In this document: positions 27,159 to 38,378 of the stretch, piece by piece
How the letters are laid out: every line of letters begins with the position of its first letter
Numbering within the stretch: the stretch's first letter is position 1
Source of the DNA: Ramlibacter sp.
GTDB taxonomy: Bacteria; Pseudomonadota; Gammaproteobacteria; Burkholderiales; Burkholderiaceae_C
Direction of reading: 5' to 3'
Assembly: GCA_014376765.1 (NCBI GenBank)
Contig: JACMQX010000001.1
Coordinates: 2,052-66,051, forward strand
DNA length: 64,000 nt
The notes under the pieces: generated by a model
What the model was told of the DNA's origin: nothing
What the model saw: the letters and a program-made list of their open reading frames with translations, nothing else
The model's database searches: none
Position numbers and translations under genes: made by a program

Positions 27159-28118
27159 ATGACTGCTCCGACTTACCGTGCCCTCGGCCGCTCCGGCCTC
27201 CAGGTTTCGCCGCTTTGTTTTGGCGGCAATGTTTTTGGCTGGACCGTTGACGAAGCCACCTCCTTTTCCTTGCTGGATGCCTGGGTCGACGCCGGCTTCA
27301 ACTTCATCGACACGGCCGATGTTTACTCCATCTGGGCGCCGGGCCACACAGGCGGTGAGTCTGAATCCATCATTGGCAAGTGGCTCAGGCAAAGTGGCAA
27401 ACGCAGCCGGGTGGTGATTGCCACCAAAGTCGGCAAGCCCATGGGTGAGGGCAAAAAAGGGCTGGCACCTGCTTACATGCGCCAGGCGGTGGAAGACTCG
27501 CTGCGCCGGCTGCAGACCGACCATATCGATCTGTACCAGTCGCATGACGACGACGCCGGCACGCCGCTGGCCGATTCGCTGGGCGCGTTCGGCGAACTGG
27601 TCAAAGCCGGCAAGGTCAGGGCCATCGGCGCGTCGAACTTCACGGCCGCGCGCCTGGCCGAGGCGCTGGACACCAGCGAGAAGCTCGGCCTGCCCCGCTA
27701 CGAGAGCCTGCAACCCCTGTACAACCTGTACGACCGCGCGACGTTTGAAGACGAACTGGGCCCGCTGTGCCGCCAGCGCGGTGTGGGTGTGATCAACTTC
27801 TACGCCCTGGCCTCCGGTTTTTTGACGGGCAAATACAGGCAGGCAGGCGACGCGGCCAAGAGCAAACGCGGCGTCAGCACCACCGGCAAATACCTAAACG
27901 ACCGCGGCCTGCGCATTCTTGCCGCGCTGGACGAGGTGGCGGCCACGTTGAATGCCAAACCCGGCCAGGTGGCGATTGCCTGGCTGCTGGCGCAACCGGC
28001 CGTGACCTCGCCAATTGCCAGCGCCACTTCCCTGGCCCAGCTGGACGAGCTGTTGGCTGCGGCGCAGATCAAGCTGGACGCTGCAGCGCTGGCCACGCTG
28101 AACAACGCGAGCGCCTGA
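27159..28118 (+). CDS. Aldo/keto reductase
   Basis: Start is MTAPTYRALGRSGLQVSPLCFGGNVFG at 27159, with AAGGA upstream. Motifs: FIDTADVY, DHIDLYQSH, IGASNF. Confidence 0.9.
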   Translation: MTAPTYRALGRSGLQVSPLCFGGNVFGWTVDEATSFSLLDAWVDAGFNFIDTADVYSIWAPGHTGGESESIIGKWLRQSGKRSRVVIATKVGKPMGEGKKGLAPAYMRQAVEDSLRRLQTDHIDLYQSHDDDAGTPLADSLGAFGELVKAGKVRAIGASNFTAARLAEALDTSEKLGLPRYESLQPLYNLYDRATFEDELGPLCRQRGVGVINFYALASGFLTGKYRQAGDAAKSKRGVSTTGKYLNDRGLRILAALDEVAATLNAKPGQVAIAWLLAQPAVTSPIASATSLAQLDELLAAAQIKLDAAALATLNNASA

Positions 28119-28139
28119 GTCCCTTTTTCGCTTTCTGCG

Positions 28140-29510
28140 ATGAGCCCCTACCCGCGCCTGACGGTGGCCACGACCATCCTCGGCTCCAGCCTCGCCCTCA
28201 TCGACGGCTCGGTGATGAATGTTGCCTTGCCGGCCCTGGCGCGCGATCTGCACGCAGGGCCAGCAGAGCTCCCGTGGACCATCAACGCGTACCTGTTGCC
28301 ACTGGGCGCGCTCATTTTGCTTGGCGGCAGTGCCGGCGACCATTTCGGGCGGCGGCGGCTGTTTCTCATCGGCCTGGCGTTGTTCGTGCTGGCTTCCATT
28401 GCCTGCGCGGTGGCACCGTCGCTCGCCTGGCTGCTGGCTGCGCGCGGCGCACAAGGCGTGGGCGCAGCGCTGCTGATGCCCAACAGTCTGGCCATCCTCG
28501 GCGCAGCCTTTAAAGGCGACGAGCGCGGCAAGGCGATTGGCACCTGGGCGGCTGCAGGCGCGCTGTCCAGTGCACTCGGCCCGCTCCTGGGTGGCTGGCT
28601 GGTGGACACGGTGGGCTGGCGCGCCATCTTCCTGATCAACCTGCCCGTAGGCATGGCCGCAGGCTACCTGGCCTGGCGCTATGTGGCCGAGACCCGCGAG
28701 CGCCGCAGCTCGCCACTGGACTGGCCCGGCGCGGGGCTTGCCAGTGTGTCGCTCGGCCTCATGGTGTGGGCCCTGACGGCATGGTCCGCGGCCACGCAGG
28801 GCTGGGCCTTGCCCGCGGTGGCAGCGCTGCTGGGCCTGGCGCTGATGTTCTCGTTTGTGGCCTGGGAACTTCACCTGGGCGACCGCGCCCTGATGCCACC
28901 CGCCATGTTCGCCACCCGCACTTTCATTGGCCTTGGTTTGCTGACCTTCTTTCTCTACGCGAGCCTGGGCGGCCTGCTGGTGCTGCTGCCCTACCTGCTG
29001 ATTCAGGTGCTGCACTGGTCAGCGCTGCAGGCAGGCGCCGCGTTGCTGCCGGTGCCACTGGTCATCGGCTTTGGCTCGCGGCTGATGGGGCGGCTGAATG
29101 CGAAGTACGGTGGGCGCGTGCTGCTCACCATCGGCGCGGCCGTGGTGGGGCTGGGCTTTGCGCTTTATGCCCTGGTGGGGCGCGGCAGCTTCAACTACTG
29201 GACGGACATCCTGCCCGCAACCTTGCTGGTGGCGCTGGGCATGGGCATCTGCGTGGCGCCCCTCACCACCGCCGTGATGGCATCGGTGGAGACCGCCCAT
29301 GTGGGCGCGGCTTCCGGCTTCAACAATGCCACCGCCCGCATTGCAGGGTTGGTGGCGACTGCTCTGCTGGGGTTTGTTTTTGCGCAACCCTCGGGCGAGT
29401 TATTTGTGCTGTCCTTCCGCATCGCCGTGCTCACGGGTGCGGTTGCGTCGGCAACGGCAGCTGGCTGCGCCTGGCTGATGGTGGCGCCGAAACCGGATCA
29501 GCCGCGTTGA
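28140..29510 (+). CDS. MFS transporter, DHA2 (EmrB/QacA-like) family
   Basis: 456-aa polytopic ORF with motifs LIDGSVMNVALP, GDHFGRRRLF and WRAIFLINLPVG. Confidence 0.85.
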   Translation: MSPYPRLTVATTILGSSLALIDGSVMNVALPALARDLHAGPAELPWTINAYLLPLGALILLGGSAGDHFGRRRLFLIGLALFVLASIACAVAPSLAWLLAARGAQGVGAALLMPNSLAILGAAFKGDERGKAIGTWAAAGALSSALGPLLGGWLVDTVGWRAIFLINLPVGMAAGYLAWRYVAETRERRSSPLDWPGAGLASVSLGLMVWALTAWSAATQGWALPAVAALLGLALMFSFVAWELHLGDRALMPPAMFATRTFIGLGLLTFFLYASLGGLLVLLPYLLIQVLHWSALQAGAALLPVPLVIGFGSRLMGRLNAKYGGRVLLTIGAAVVGLGFALYALVGRGSFNYWTDILPATLLVALGMGICVAPLTTAVMASVETAHVGAASGFNNATARIAGLVATALLGFVFAQPSGELFVLSFRIAVLTGAVASATAAGCAWLMVAPKPDQPR

Positions 29511-29513
29511 TGC

Positions 29514-30248
29514 TCAGCCGCGTTGGCGCAGCGCCTCATACAGGCAGACCCCGCTGGCCACCGACACATTCAGGCTCTCAACCGCACCTTTCATCGGGAT
29601 GTTCACCAGGTCGTCGCAGGTCTTGCGGGTCAGCTGCCGCATGCCCGCGCCCTCGGCCCCGAGCACCAGCGCCACCGAGCCGGTCAGGTCGGCCTGGTAG
29701 ATCGTCTTGGGCGCGTCGTCGCTCGTGCCTATGCACCAGATGCTGCGCTCCTTGAGCTCGCCCAGGGTGCGCGACAGGTTGGTCACCATGAAGTACGGCA
29801 CCGTCTCGGCCGCGCCACTGGCGACCTTGGCCACCGTGGCGTTCACGCCCACCGCATGGTCCTTGGGCGCGATCACCGCATGCGCACCGGCGCCATCGGC
29901 CACCCGCAGGCAGGCGCCCAGGTTGTGCGGGTCGGTCACGCCGTCCAGCACCAGCAGCAACACCGGGCCGGTCACGCCGTCCAGCAGGTCGTCCAGTGAA
30001 TGGGTCTGCGGGATGATCTCGACCCGCGCAGCCACGCCTTGATGGCCGTGGCTACCGGCCAGCTTGGCCAGGCGCATGCCGTCTGCCTCGATCAGGCGGA
30101 CGTTGGACTCGGCGGCTTTCTCCAGAAACTGGCGCATGCGGGCATCCCGCCGGGTGGGTTCGTAGTAAATCTCGATGATGGAGCGCGGGGCGGTCTTGAG
30201 GCGAACGCCAACGGCATGGAAGCCGAAGAGGACTTTGGGAGCAGACAT
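29514..30248 (-). CDS. rlmB: 23S rRNA (guanosine2251-2'-O)-methyltransferase
   Basis: 244 aa with SpoU/TrmH motifs: [41 protein letters not shown]. Confidence 0.9.
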   Translation of the reverse strand: MSAPKVLFGFHAVGVRLKTAPRSIIEIYYEPTRRDARMRQFLEKAAESNVRLIEADGMRLAKLAGSHGHQGVAARVEIIPQTHSLDDLLDGVTGPVLLLVLDGVTDPHNLGACLRVADGAGAHAVIAPKDHAVGVNATVAKVASGAAETVPYFMVTNLSRTLGELKERSIWCIGTSDDAPKTIYQADLTGSVALVLGAEGAGMRQLTRKTCDDLVNIPMKGAVESLNVSVASGVCLYEALRQRG

Positions 30249-30359
30249 GCCACGATTATCGATGCACGGGCAAGGCAGGATGACCTATAGAATTTGTCTG
30301 CAACACCTGTAGAACCTCACGCTGTCTGCAGACAAGCTCCAACCCTGGCGACTTTCAAT

Positions 30360-31229
30360 ATGTCCACCGTCCCCCCGCACGATGCATCAGGCCCCCCGGC
30401 CTTGCAGCCGGCGGCTCTCACTGACAGCCTGCGCCGCACGGTGATGGCGACAGTCGTGTTCGTGGATCTGGTCGGCTACGCGGCCCATTCGGCGGCGCAC
30501 CAGGTGATGCTCAAGACCCGCTTCAACGAGTTGCTGGCCAAGGCCGTGCGGGGTGTTGACGACAGCAGCCGCATCATCATGGGCACGAACGAGGGTGCGG
30601 CCATCTGCTTTCTGGGCGACCCGGAAGAAGCGCTGGAATCTGCCCTGCTGATGCGTGACCTGGTGCTGCACAAGTACCGCGGCGCCTTGCTGCTGCGCCT
30701 GGGCCTGCACCTGGGGCCGGTGCGGCTGCTGTCTGACGGCAATGAACGGCTGACGATGGTGGGCGACGGCGTCAACGTGGCCCAGCGCATCATGGACTTT
30801 GCGCTGGTCAACCAGATCGTGGTGTCCCGCGCCTACCATGAAGTGATCTCGCGCATCACCGACAACCTGGCCCCGGCGTTCCGCCACCTGGGGCCCCACC
30901 TGGACAAGCACCTGCGCAGCCACGACATTTATGCCGTGGTGGAGCCGCAGGCTTCTCGGGTGCTGCCGCCCAGCGAGCGTTCAGAATTTGACCGCACGGC
31001 GCCGCAGCGGGCTTTGGTCTCCACCTTGACGCCCGAGATCGCCGAAGAGGTAGAAAGCGATCTGGCGCGGTTGATCGGGCCGATGGCGCGCGTCCTGGTG
31101 AAAAAGGCGGTGTTCAGGGTGAACAGCGCAGCGGCGCTGCGCGAGCTGCTGGCGGTGTCGATCCAGGACAGGGCGGCACGCGATGCCTTCGTCAGCTCGA
31201 AGCCACGACCTGTCCCGCCTCGATCGTGA
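30360..31229 (+). CDS. Class III nucleotidyl cyclase (CHD) domain protein with a C-terminal ~100-aa extension
   Basis: Start is MSTVPPHD at 30360. CHD pattern: ATVVFVDLVGYA...LRLGLHLGPV...VGDGVNVAQRI. The position of the second metal-binding Asp (usual IGD) reads NEG. Confidence 0.7.
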   Translation: MSTVPPHDASGPPALQPAALTDSLRRTVMATVVFVDLVGYAAHSAAHQVMLKTRFNELLAKAVRGVDDSSRIIMGTNEGAAICFLGDPEEALESALLMRDLVLHKYRGALLLRLGLHLGPVRLLSDGNERLTMVGDGVNVAQRIMDFALVNQIVVSRAYHEVISRITDNLAPAFRHLGPHLDKHLRSHDIYAVVEPQASRVLPPSERSEFDRTAPQRALVSTLTPEIAEEVESDLARLIGPMARVLVKKAVFRVNSAAALRELLAVSIQDRAARDAFVSSKPRPVPPRS

Positions 31230-31869
31230 TGCGCCGCTCGCAGCGCTGCGCAATGCCGCTGTCATGCGTGACCAGCACCAGCGTGGTACCCAGCTCGCGG
31301 TTGAGCTCGAACATCAGCTCCATGACCTTGTCGCCAGTGGCAAAGTCCAGGCTGCCGGTGGGCTCGTCGGCCAGCAGCACGGCCGGCTGAACCACAAAGG
31401 CGCGGGCCAGCGCCACGCGCTGCTGCTCGCCGCCTGAGAGCACTTTGGGGTAGTGGTTGAAGCGCTCGGCCAGCCCGACGCGGGCCAGCATCTCGCTGGC
31501 GGCCTTGCGGGAGTCCTTGCGGCCGGCCAGCTCCAGCGGGAGCATCACGTTTTCCAGTGCGCTCAGGTTGCCCATGAGCTGGAAGGCCTGAAACACAAAG
31601 CCGACCTTCTGCGCCCGCAGGCCTGCGCGGTCGTCCTCGCTGATGGCAAACAGATCCTGCCCGGCCAACCGCACCGTGCCCCGCGTAGGCGTGTCCAGCC
31701 CGGCGATGATGGACAGCAGGGTGCTTTTGCCCGAGCCCGAAGCGCCTACGATCGCCGCAGTCTCCTTTGCTGCAAGGGAGAAATGGATATCGCGCAAAAT
31801 GTCCAGCGTGCCGGTGGAGTCGGTCACGGACTTGAAGACATGCTCCACGGCAATAATGGGTTGGGACAT
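31192..31869 (-). CDS. ABC transporter ATP-binding protein (YbbA/LolD-like)
   Basis: Start is MSQPIIAVEHVFK at 31869. Walker A GASGSGKST, signature LSGGEQQRVALARA, Walker B LLADEPTGSLD. Divergent from the tesA-like gene. Confidence 0.85.
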   Translation of the reverse strand: MSQPIIAVEHVFKSVTDSTGTLDILRDIHFSLAAKETAAIVGASGSGKSTLLSIIAGLDTPTRGTVRLAGQDLFAISEDDRAGLRAQKVGFVFQAFQLMGNLSALENVMLPLELAGRKDSRKAASEMLARVGLAERFNHYPKVLSGGEQQRVALARAFVVQPAVLLADEPTGSLDFATGDKVMELMFELNRELGTTLVLVTHDSGIAQRCERRITIEAGQVVASS

Positions 31870-31899
31870 GTTTTGGTTGTGAAATGGATAACGAGACCC

Positions 31900-32595
31900 A
31901 TGTTGACAGGTATGGAACGAAGACACTTTATAGCGGCAGCCAGCATCGCCCTGGCCGTGGGGCTTTGCGACGTGGCCTTGGCGCAGCCGGCAACGGCTTC
32001 CCAGCCTAAGGCAGCGCCTGTGGGCGACACCATCCTCGTGATCGGCGACAGCCTGAGCGCTGAGTACGGACTGACCCGTGGCAGCGGCTGGGTTGCGCTG
32101 ATGGGCAAGCGCCTTGCCGAGAGCAAGGTGCCGGCCCGCGTGGTGAATGCCAGCATCAGCGGCGACACCACCTCGGGCGGCCGCTCACGTCTGCTGCCCC
32201 TATTGGCACAGCACAAGCCCACCATCGTGGTGATCGAGCTGGGCGGCAACGACGCGCTGCGTGGCCTGCCGATCAAGATGACGCAGGACAACCTGATGCA
32301 GATGGCGCAGGCTGCGCAAAAAGCCGGCGCGCGCGTGTTGATCGTCGGCATGCAGGTGCCGCCCAACTACGGCGGCGACTACGCGCGGCAATTTGGCGCG
32401 ATGTTCGACAAGGTCGCCCGGGATGCCAAAGCGGCGCTGGTGCCCTTTTTACTCAAAGGCGTGGCCGATGTAGCGGAGCCGCTCAGCATGTTCCAGCGCG
32501 ACCGCATCCACCCCCTTGAAGCCGCTCATCCGCAAATGCTGGACAACGTCTGGCCTGAGCTGAAAAAGCTGCTGCACGGAGCGGCGCGCAAGTGA
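31900..32595 (+). CDS. tesA: SGNH/GDSL arylesterase (TesA-like thioesterase/lysophospholipase), secreted
   Basis: Only the C-terminal part of ORF 31453..32595 looks real, starting at ATG 31900 or 31912. Signal peptide, then blocks GDSLSAEYG, GGND and DRIHP. Divergent from the ybbA-like gene, as in E. coli. Confidence 0.8.
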   Translation: MLTGMERRHFIAAASIALAVGLCDVALAQPATASQPKAAPVGDTILVIGDSLSAEYGLTRGSGWVALMGKRLAESKVPARVVNASISGDTTSGGRSRLLPLLAQHKPTIVVIELGGNDALRGLPIKMTQDNLMQMAQAAQKAGARVLIVGMQVPPNYGGDYARQFGAMFDKVARDAKAALVPFLLKGVADVAEPLSMFQRDRIHPLEAAHPQMLDNVWPELKKLLHGAARK

Positions 32596-33653
32596 GCGTC
32601 AAACCCATCAGCGCCACCGAGGCGGCGGCGCGCCTGGTCGAGTTCAGCGCCGTGATTGATGCGCGCAGTGAAGGCGAGTACGAGCTGGACCGCCTGCCCG
32701 GCGCGCAGAACTGGCCGTCACTCAATAACGAGGAGCGCCACCTCATCGGCACCATCTACAAACAGGTCAACCCCTTCGAGGCGCAAAAGCGCGGGGCTGC
32801 CCTGGTGGCGGCCAACATTGCCCGGCACATCGAGCACTACCTGCTGGACACGCCACGCAACTGGCAGCCGCTGATTTACTGCTGGCGCGGCGGCAAGCGT
32901 AGCAATTCGCTCGCGCTGGTGCTGGGGCAGATCGGCTTCAAGGTGCATGTGCTGGAAGGCGGCTACAAGGCCTTTCGCACTGCCGTGATCGAGAACATTC
33001 CCCAGCTGGCGGCACAGCTTTCTTTCCGCGTGATCTGCGGTCCGACGGGCTCGGGCAAGACACGCCTGCTGGGCGCCCTGGCCGCTGCCGGTGCGCAGGT
33101 GCTGGACCTTGAAGCGCTGGCCAGCCACCGCAGCTCGGTGCTGGGCTCCATCCCGGGGCAACCCCAACCCAGCCAGAAGCGTTTTGAGACGCTGGTGTGG
33201 GACACCCTGCGCGGCTTTGATCCGGCGCGCCTCGTGTTTGTGGAGTCTGAAAGCAAGAAGGTGGGCAACGTGGCCGTGCCTGAAGCGCTGATCACCGCCA
33301 TGCGCGCCGGCCCCTGCATCGACCTTCAGCTGAGCGACGATGAACGTGTAGCCCTGTTGATGGAGGACTACGACTTCTTCGTCAAGGATGCAGCCGGCTT
33401 CAGCACGCGGCTGGAGGCGCTGCTTGAATTGCGCGGCAAGGCGGTGGTGGGGGCGTGGAAGGCGCAGATTGCTGCAGGGCAGATCGAACAGGTAGTGCGT
33501 GACCTGCTGCTCACGCACTACGACCCGGGCTATGCGCTGTCGATGGTGCGGAACTTCAAACTGTATGGGGAGGCGACCGCCTTGCCGGCGCCCAGCCGTT
33601 CAGGCAATGCAATGGCCGAACTGGCGCGCCAGGTGTTGGCGCATACGTCTTGA
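32592..33653 (+). CDS. mnmH: tRNA 2-selenouridine(34) synthase
   Basis: 353 aa with an N-terminal rhodanese domain (IYCWRGGKRS, active-site Cys) and a P-loop (CGPTGSGKT). The GTG start overlaps the tesA-like stop (GTGA). Confidence 0.8.
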   Translation: MSVKPISATEAAARLVEFSAVIDARSEGEYELDRLPGAQNWPSLNNEERHLIGTIYKQVNPFEAQKRGAALVAANIARHIEHYLLDTPRNWQPLIYCWRGGKRSNSLALVLGQIGFKVHVLEGGYKAFRTAVIENIPQLAAQLSFRVICGPTGSGKTRLLGALAAAGAQVLDLEALASHRSSVLGSIPGQPQPSQKRFETLVWDTLRGFDPARLVFVESESKKVGNVAVPEALITAMRAGPCIDLQLSDDERVALLMEDYDFFVKDAAGFSTRLEALLELRGKAVVGAWKAQIAAGQIEQVVRDLLLTHYDPGYALSMVRNFKLYGEATALPAPSRSGNAMAELARQVLAHTS

Positions 33654-33721
33654 GGTTGGTGCTTCCTGCGTTTCAGTGAGCGGCGGCAGCGAGGCAGTTG
33701 CCGGCTCAGTGGCCGGGAGCT

Positions 33722-33910
33722 TCAGGGCTGGGCCGGCGCCTCAGGCGTTGCGCCTGCGGGATCGGCCGGCTCGTCATCATCGGCCTGCCCTTCTACATAG
33801 CCCGGATCGCCCGCCTTGCGTCCGGCCTTGGCTTTGAGCTTGTCTTCTTTTTTGCGCTTCTTGGCCAGTTCCTTCTGGCGTTTTTCGTATCCGTAATTAG
33901 GTGTTGCCAC
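33722..33910 (-). CDS. Small Lys-rich hypothetical protein (62 aa)
   Basis: A GTG start at 33910 (VATPNYGYEKRQKELAKKRKKEDKLKAK...) is preceded by GGAAGG. The longer ATG start at 33949 has no SD. Confidence 0.4.
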   Translation of the reverse strand: MATPNYGYEKRQKELAKKRKKEDKLKAKAGRKAGDPGYVEGQADDDEPADPAGATPEAPAQP

Positions 33911-34008
33911 TGGGCCTTCCGTTTCTGTGCAGCGGGTTGCTGGGTGCACTCAATGTAAGCGATAAACCCGGGAATGCGGGTTGGCCGCCCCAAAATATGA
34001 CACAAGAA

Positions 34009-35217
34009 TTACAGCAGCGCCAGAGCCTGTTCCAGGTCGGCCCGCAAGGCTGCTTCTGATTCAAAACCAATGGAAAACCGCACCAGCACGCCCTTGTACG
34101 GCCAGGCCGCAACGCTGGCGTCCCGCATGGACGCAATGTCATACGGCACCACCAGGCTAAGTGGCCCGCCCCATGAGTAGCCGAGCTTGAAGAGTTTGAG
34201 CGCGTCGCAGAAACGGTCAACTGAGGCCGTGCTGTATTTGTCGTCAAACACGACCGAGAAGAGGCCTGCCGCAGCGCCTTGGTGCTGAGCGCCCTCGCCC
34301 TCCTTTTCAGACCTGCCGCACAGCGCCTGCCAGTTGGCGTGGCCGGGCGATCCTTCAAGCGCAGGATGCAGCACCTGCACGATCTCATCACGCGCCTTGA
34401 GCCAGGTTGCCAGGGCGCGGGCCACCACGTCATGGGCGCGGTAACGCAGCTCGATGCTGGGCAACGAGCGCAGCACCGCCTCCACATCGTTGGCGCCGAC
34501 GCCATAGCCCAGCCGCATGTGCGCTGCCTTGACTTTCAAGTGCAATGCTTCGTCACGCGTGATGACGCTGCCCATCAGCACGTCGCCGCCGCCGCTGGGG
34601 TATTTGGTGAGTGCGTGGGCAGAGATATCCACACCGGCCTCGAACGGCGCAAAGGCGATGCCGGCGCCCCAGGTGTTGTCCAGCGCGCTGGTGACTTTGT
34701 GGGCGCGGCAAATCGCGGCAAGGGCCGGCAGATCCGGGAACTCCATCGTCACGGAACCCGCAGCCTCCAGCCACACGAGGCGCGTGCGCGTACCGATGCG
34801 CGCAGCCAGGTCGGCAGGATTCATCGAGTCGTAAAACTGGCAGTTGATGCCCCAGGCCTTGAGCTCGTTCTCGGCCAGCACCTTGTTGGGGCCATAGGCG
34901 TTGTTGGGGAGCAGCACCTCGTCGCCCGTCTTCAGGAACGCCAGGTTGACGATGGCGATGGCCGACAGGCCACTGGGGCTGAGCACGCACTGCTTGCCGC
35001 CTTCCAGCTCGCACAGCCGCTCTTCCAGAGTGAAGGTGGTGGGCGTGCCATGCAGGCCGTAGGTGTAGCCCTTTTTTTGCTGCCAGTCCCGCGCGCGCAT
35101 CTGCGCGACGTTGGCAAAAATGACAGTGGACGCCTTGTACACGCCGGGCTGCGGCGCCGCAAAACCCTCAGGCGGTGTGTAGGGGTGGTGGATCAGCCGG
35201 GTCTGTAGGTCGCTCAT
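34009..35217 (-). CDS. metC: Cystathionine beta-lyase (PLP-dependent Cys/Met metabolism family)
   Basis: Start is MSDLQTRLIH at 35217, 402 aa. Motifs: SPSGLSAI, DNTWGAG, ALTKYPSGGGDVLMG (PLP Lys). Confidence 0.8.
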   Translation of the reverse strand: MSDLQTRLIHHPYTPPEGFAAPQPGVYKASTVIFANVAQMRARDWQQKKGYTYGLHGTPTTFTLEERLCELEGGKQCVLSPSGLSAIAIVNLAFLKTGDEVLLPNNAYGPNKVLAENELKAWGINCQFYDSMNPADLAARIGTRTRLVWLEAAGSVTMEFPDLPALAAICRAHKVTSALDNTWGAGIAFAPFEAGVDISAHALTKYPSGGGDVLMGSVITRDEALHLKVKAAHMRLGYGVGANDVEAVLRSLPSIELRYRAHDVVARALATWLKARDEIVQVLHPALEGSPGHANWQALCGRSEKEGEGAQHQGAAAGLFSVVFDDKYSTASVDRFCDALKLFKLGYSWGGPLSLVVPYDIASMRDASVAAWPYKGVLVRFSIGFESEAALRADLEQALALL

Positions 35218-35243
35218 GACGCTATCGTAGCGTGAGGCATGTT

Positions 35244-35768
35244 TCAGATTGTCCACTTGGAGCGCAGTTGCTCCGGGCGCATCGCGTCATAGCCTTCGAA
35301 GGGCTGGTGGATCCACGGGTTGGTGGGCAAAAACTCCACCGAGTAGTCCGGCGTGAAGGCCGAGAGGCCTTTGGTCCAGAGCACCGCGCTGCGCAGCTCG
35401 GTGATGGGTGCGTAGTTGTTCTTGAGCAGGTCAATCACGGCCTTGAGTGTCTTGCCGGAGTCGGCCAGGTCGTCAACCAGCAGCACCTTGCCGGCCAGCT
35501 CGCCCTTGGGTGTGGTGATGTAGCGGGCAATGTCCAGGTGGCCCTGGATGGTGCCGGCGTCTGCCCGGTAAGAGCTGGTGGACATGATGGCCAGCGGTTT
35601 TTCAAACACACGCGAAAGGATGTCGCCAGGCCGCATGCCGCCGCGCGCCAGGCACAGGATGGTGTCGAACTCCCAGCCCGAGTCGTCGATCTTGAGCGCC
35701 AGCTTTTCAATGAGGTTGTGGTATTCGTCGTAGGACACGTAGAGGTGTTTTCCGTCTTCCGTCAGCAT
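35244..35768 (-). CDS. Phosphoribosyltransferase (Gpt-like purine PRT family)
   Basis: 174 aa with the PRPP-binding motif VLLVDDLADSGKT. ARGGMRPG and NPWIHQPFE resemble the Gpt architecture. Confidence 0.75.
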   Translation of the reverse strand: MLTEDGKHLYVSYDEYHNLIEKLALKIDDSGWEFDTILCLARGGMRPGDILSRVFEKPLAIMSTSSYRADAGTIQGHLDIARYITTPKGELAGKVLLVDDLADSGKTLKAVIDLLKNNYAPITELRSAVLWTKGLSAFTPDYSVEFLPTNPWIHQPFEGYDAMRPEQLRSKWTI

Positions 35769-35794
35769 GTGGTTGCTCCTGGGGGTGGGCGAAG

Positions 35795-37147
<1,353 letters not shown>

Positions 37148-38296
37148 TTATAGAGGCTGGACGAGCCACTGGCCAGCCGATTGGGCCAGCTCGCGGTCGC
37201 AACGGAATTCGTCGACTTCGCTTTCGTGTCCCGGAAGCACGCAGACCACTGTCTCGCCCTCGGTACGCAATGAGGCAATGGCAGCACGTAACGCTGGCGC
37301 TTCGCCCCAAGGGGCGCGGATGGCGGCCTTCAAGGGATGCGGCGCGGCCACGCGGACCAGTTCCTTGATGTCCAGGCTGAAGCCTGCGGCCGGGCGGTTG
37401 CGCCCGAACACGGCACCGACTTCGTCATACCGGCCGCCGCGCACCAGCGAGTCGCTGGCGCCACGCGCATAGATCGCGAATCGTGCACCGCTGTAGTAGG
37501 CGTAACCGCGCAGGTCAGCCAGGTCAAAGGTTACGGGCGTTTCCGCCAGGTGGCTTGCCAGCCATTTGAGGTTGCTCAGTGCTTCAGTGACGGCAGGCGT
37601 TGCCTTGAGCGCCTTGGCGGCTTCGTCCAGCACTGCGGCGTCGCCATACAGCTGCACCAGCGCCTGCAGCCCTTCACGCGTGTCTTTAGGCAGCGACGAT
37701 GTGAGGGATGCAAGCTCGCTGGCGTCCTTGGCCGCGAGCGCGGTGTGAATGCGGGCCAGCCCCTCGGCATCCAGTGGCGCACCTGCAAGCAATGACCGCA
37801 CGATTCTCGCGTCCGCCATGTCCACGCTGATGTGCCGCACCTTGGCCGCCTTCAGGCAATCAAGGGCCAGCTGCTGGGCTTCAAGATCGGCTTCCAGGCC
37901 TGCGTGGCCATAGATTTCAGCGCCGAATTGAAACGGTTCGCGGGTGGCATGGGGCCGGTCGGGGCGGGTGTGCAACACGGGCCCGCAGTAGCAAAGCCGC
38001 GTCACGCCACTGCGGTTGAGCAAATGCGCATCAATGCGGGCCACCTGCGGCGTGGTGTCCGCCCGCAGCCCCATCATCCGGCCCGAGAGCTGGTCGACAA
38101 GTTTGAAAGTTTGCAGGTCGAGCGCCTCGCCAGTGCCGGTGAGCAGGGACTCCAGATGCTCCAGCAGCGGCGGCATGACCAGCTCATAGCCGTAGCCGCG
38201 CGCCGTGTCGAGCATTTCGCGACGGAGTTCTTCGATGTGCCGGGCCTCGGAGGGCAATACATCGGCAATGTGATCCGGCAGGACCCAGGCGGACAT
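37148..38296 (-). CDS. hisZ: ATP phosphoribosyltransferase regulatory subunit
   Basis: 382-aa HisRS-like paralog without an anticodon-binding domain ([16 protein letters not shown]..., [11 protein letters not shown]). Shows the conserved hisZ-purA linkage. Confidence 0.9.
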   Translation of the reverse strand: MSAWVLPDHIADVLPSEARHIEELRREMLDTARGYGYELVMPPLLEHLESLLTGTGEALDLQTFKLVDQLSGRMMGLRADTTPQVARIDAHLLNRSGVTRLCYCGPVLHTRPDRPHATREPFQFGAEIYGHAGLEADLEAQQLALDCLKAAKVRHISVDMADARIVRSLLAGAPLDAEGLARIHTALAAKDASELASLTSSLPKDTREGLQALVQLYGDAAVLDEAAKALKATPAVTEALSNLKWLASHLAETPVTFDLADLRGYAYYSGARFAIYARGASDSLVRGGRYDEVGAVFGRNRPAAGFSLDIKELVRVAAPHPLKAAIRAPWGEAPALRAAIASLRTEGETVVCVLPGHESEVDEFRCDRELAQSAGQWLVQPL

Positions 38297-38378
38297 GAAT
38301 TTAGGACGCTATTAAAACCACGATTTTACCGGGCAAAAGGAGTGATTTAGCCGCTTGGGCGGCGGCCAGATCGAAGGC

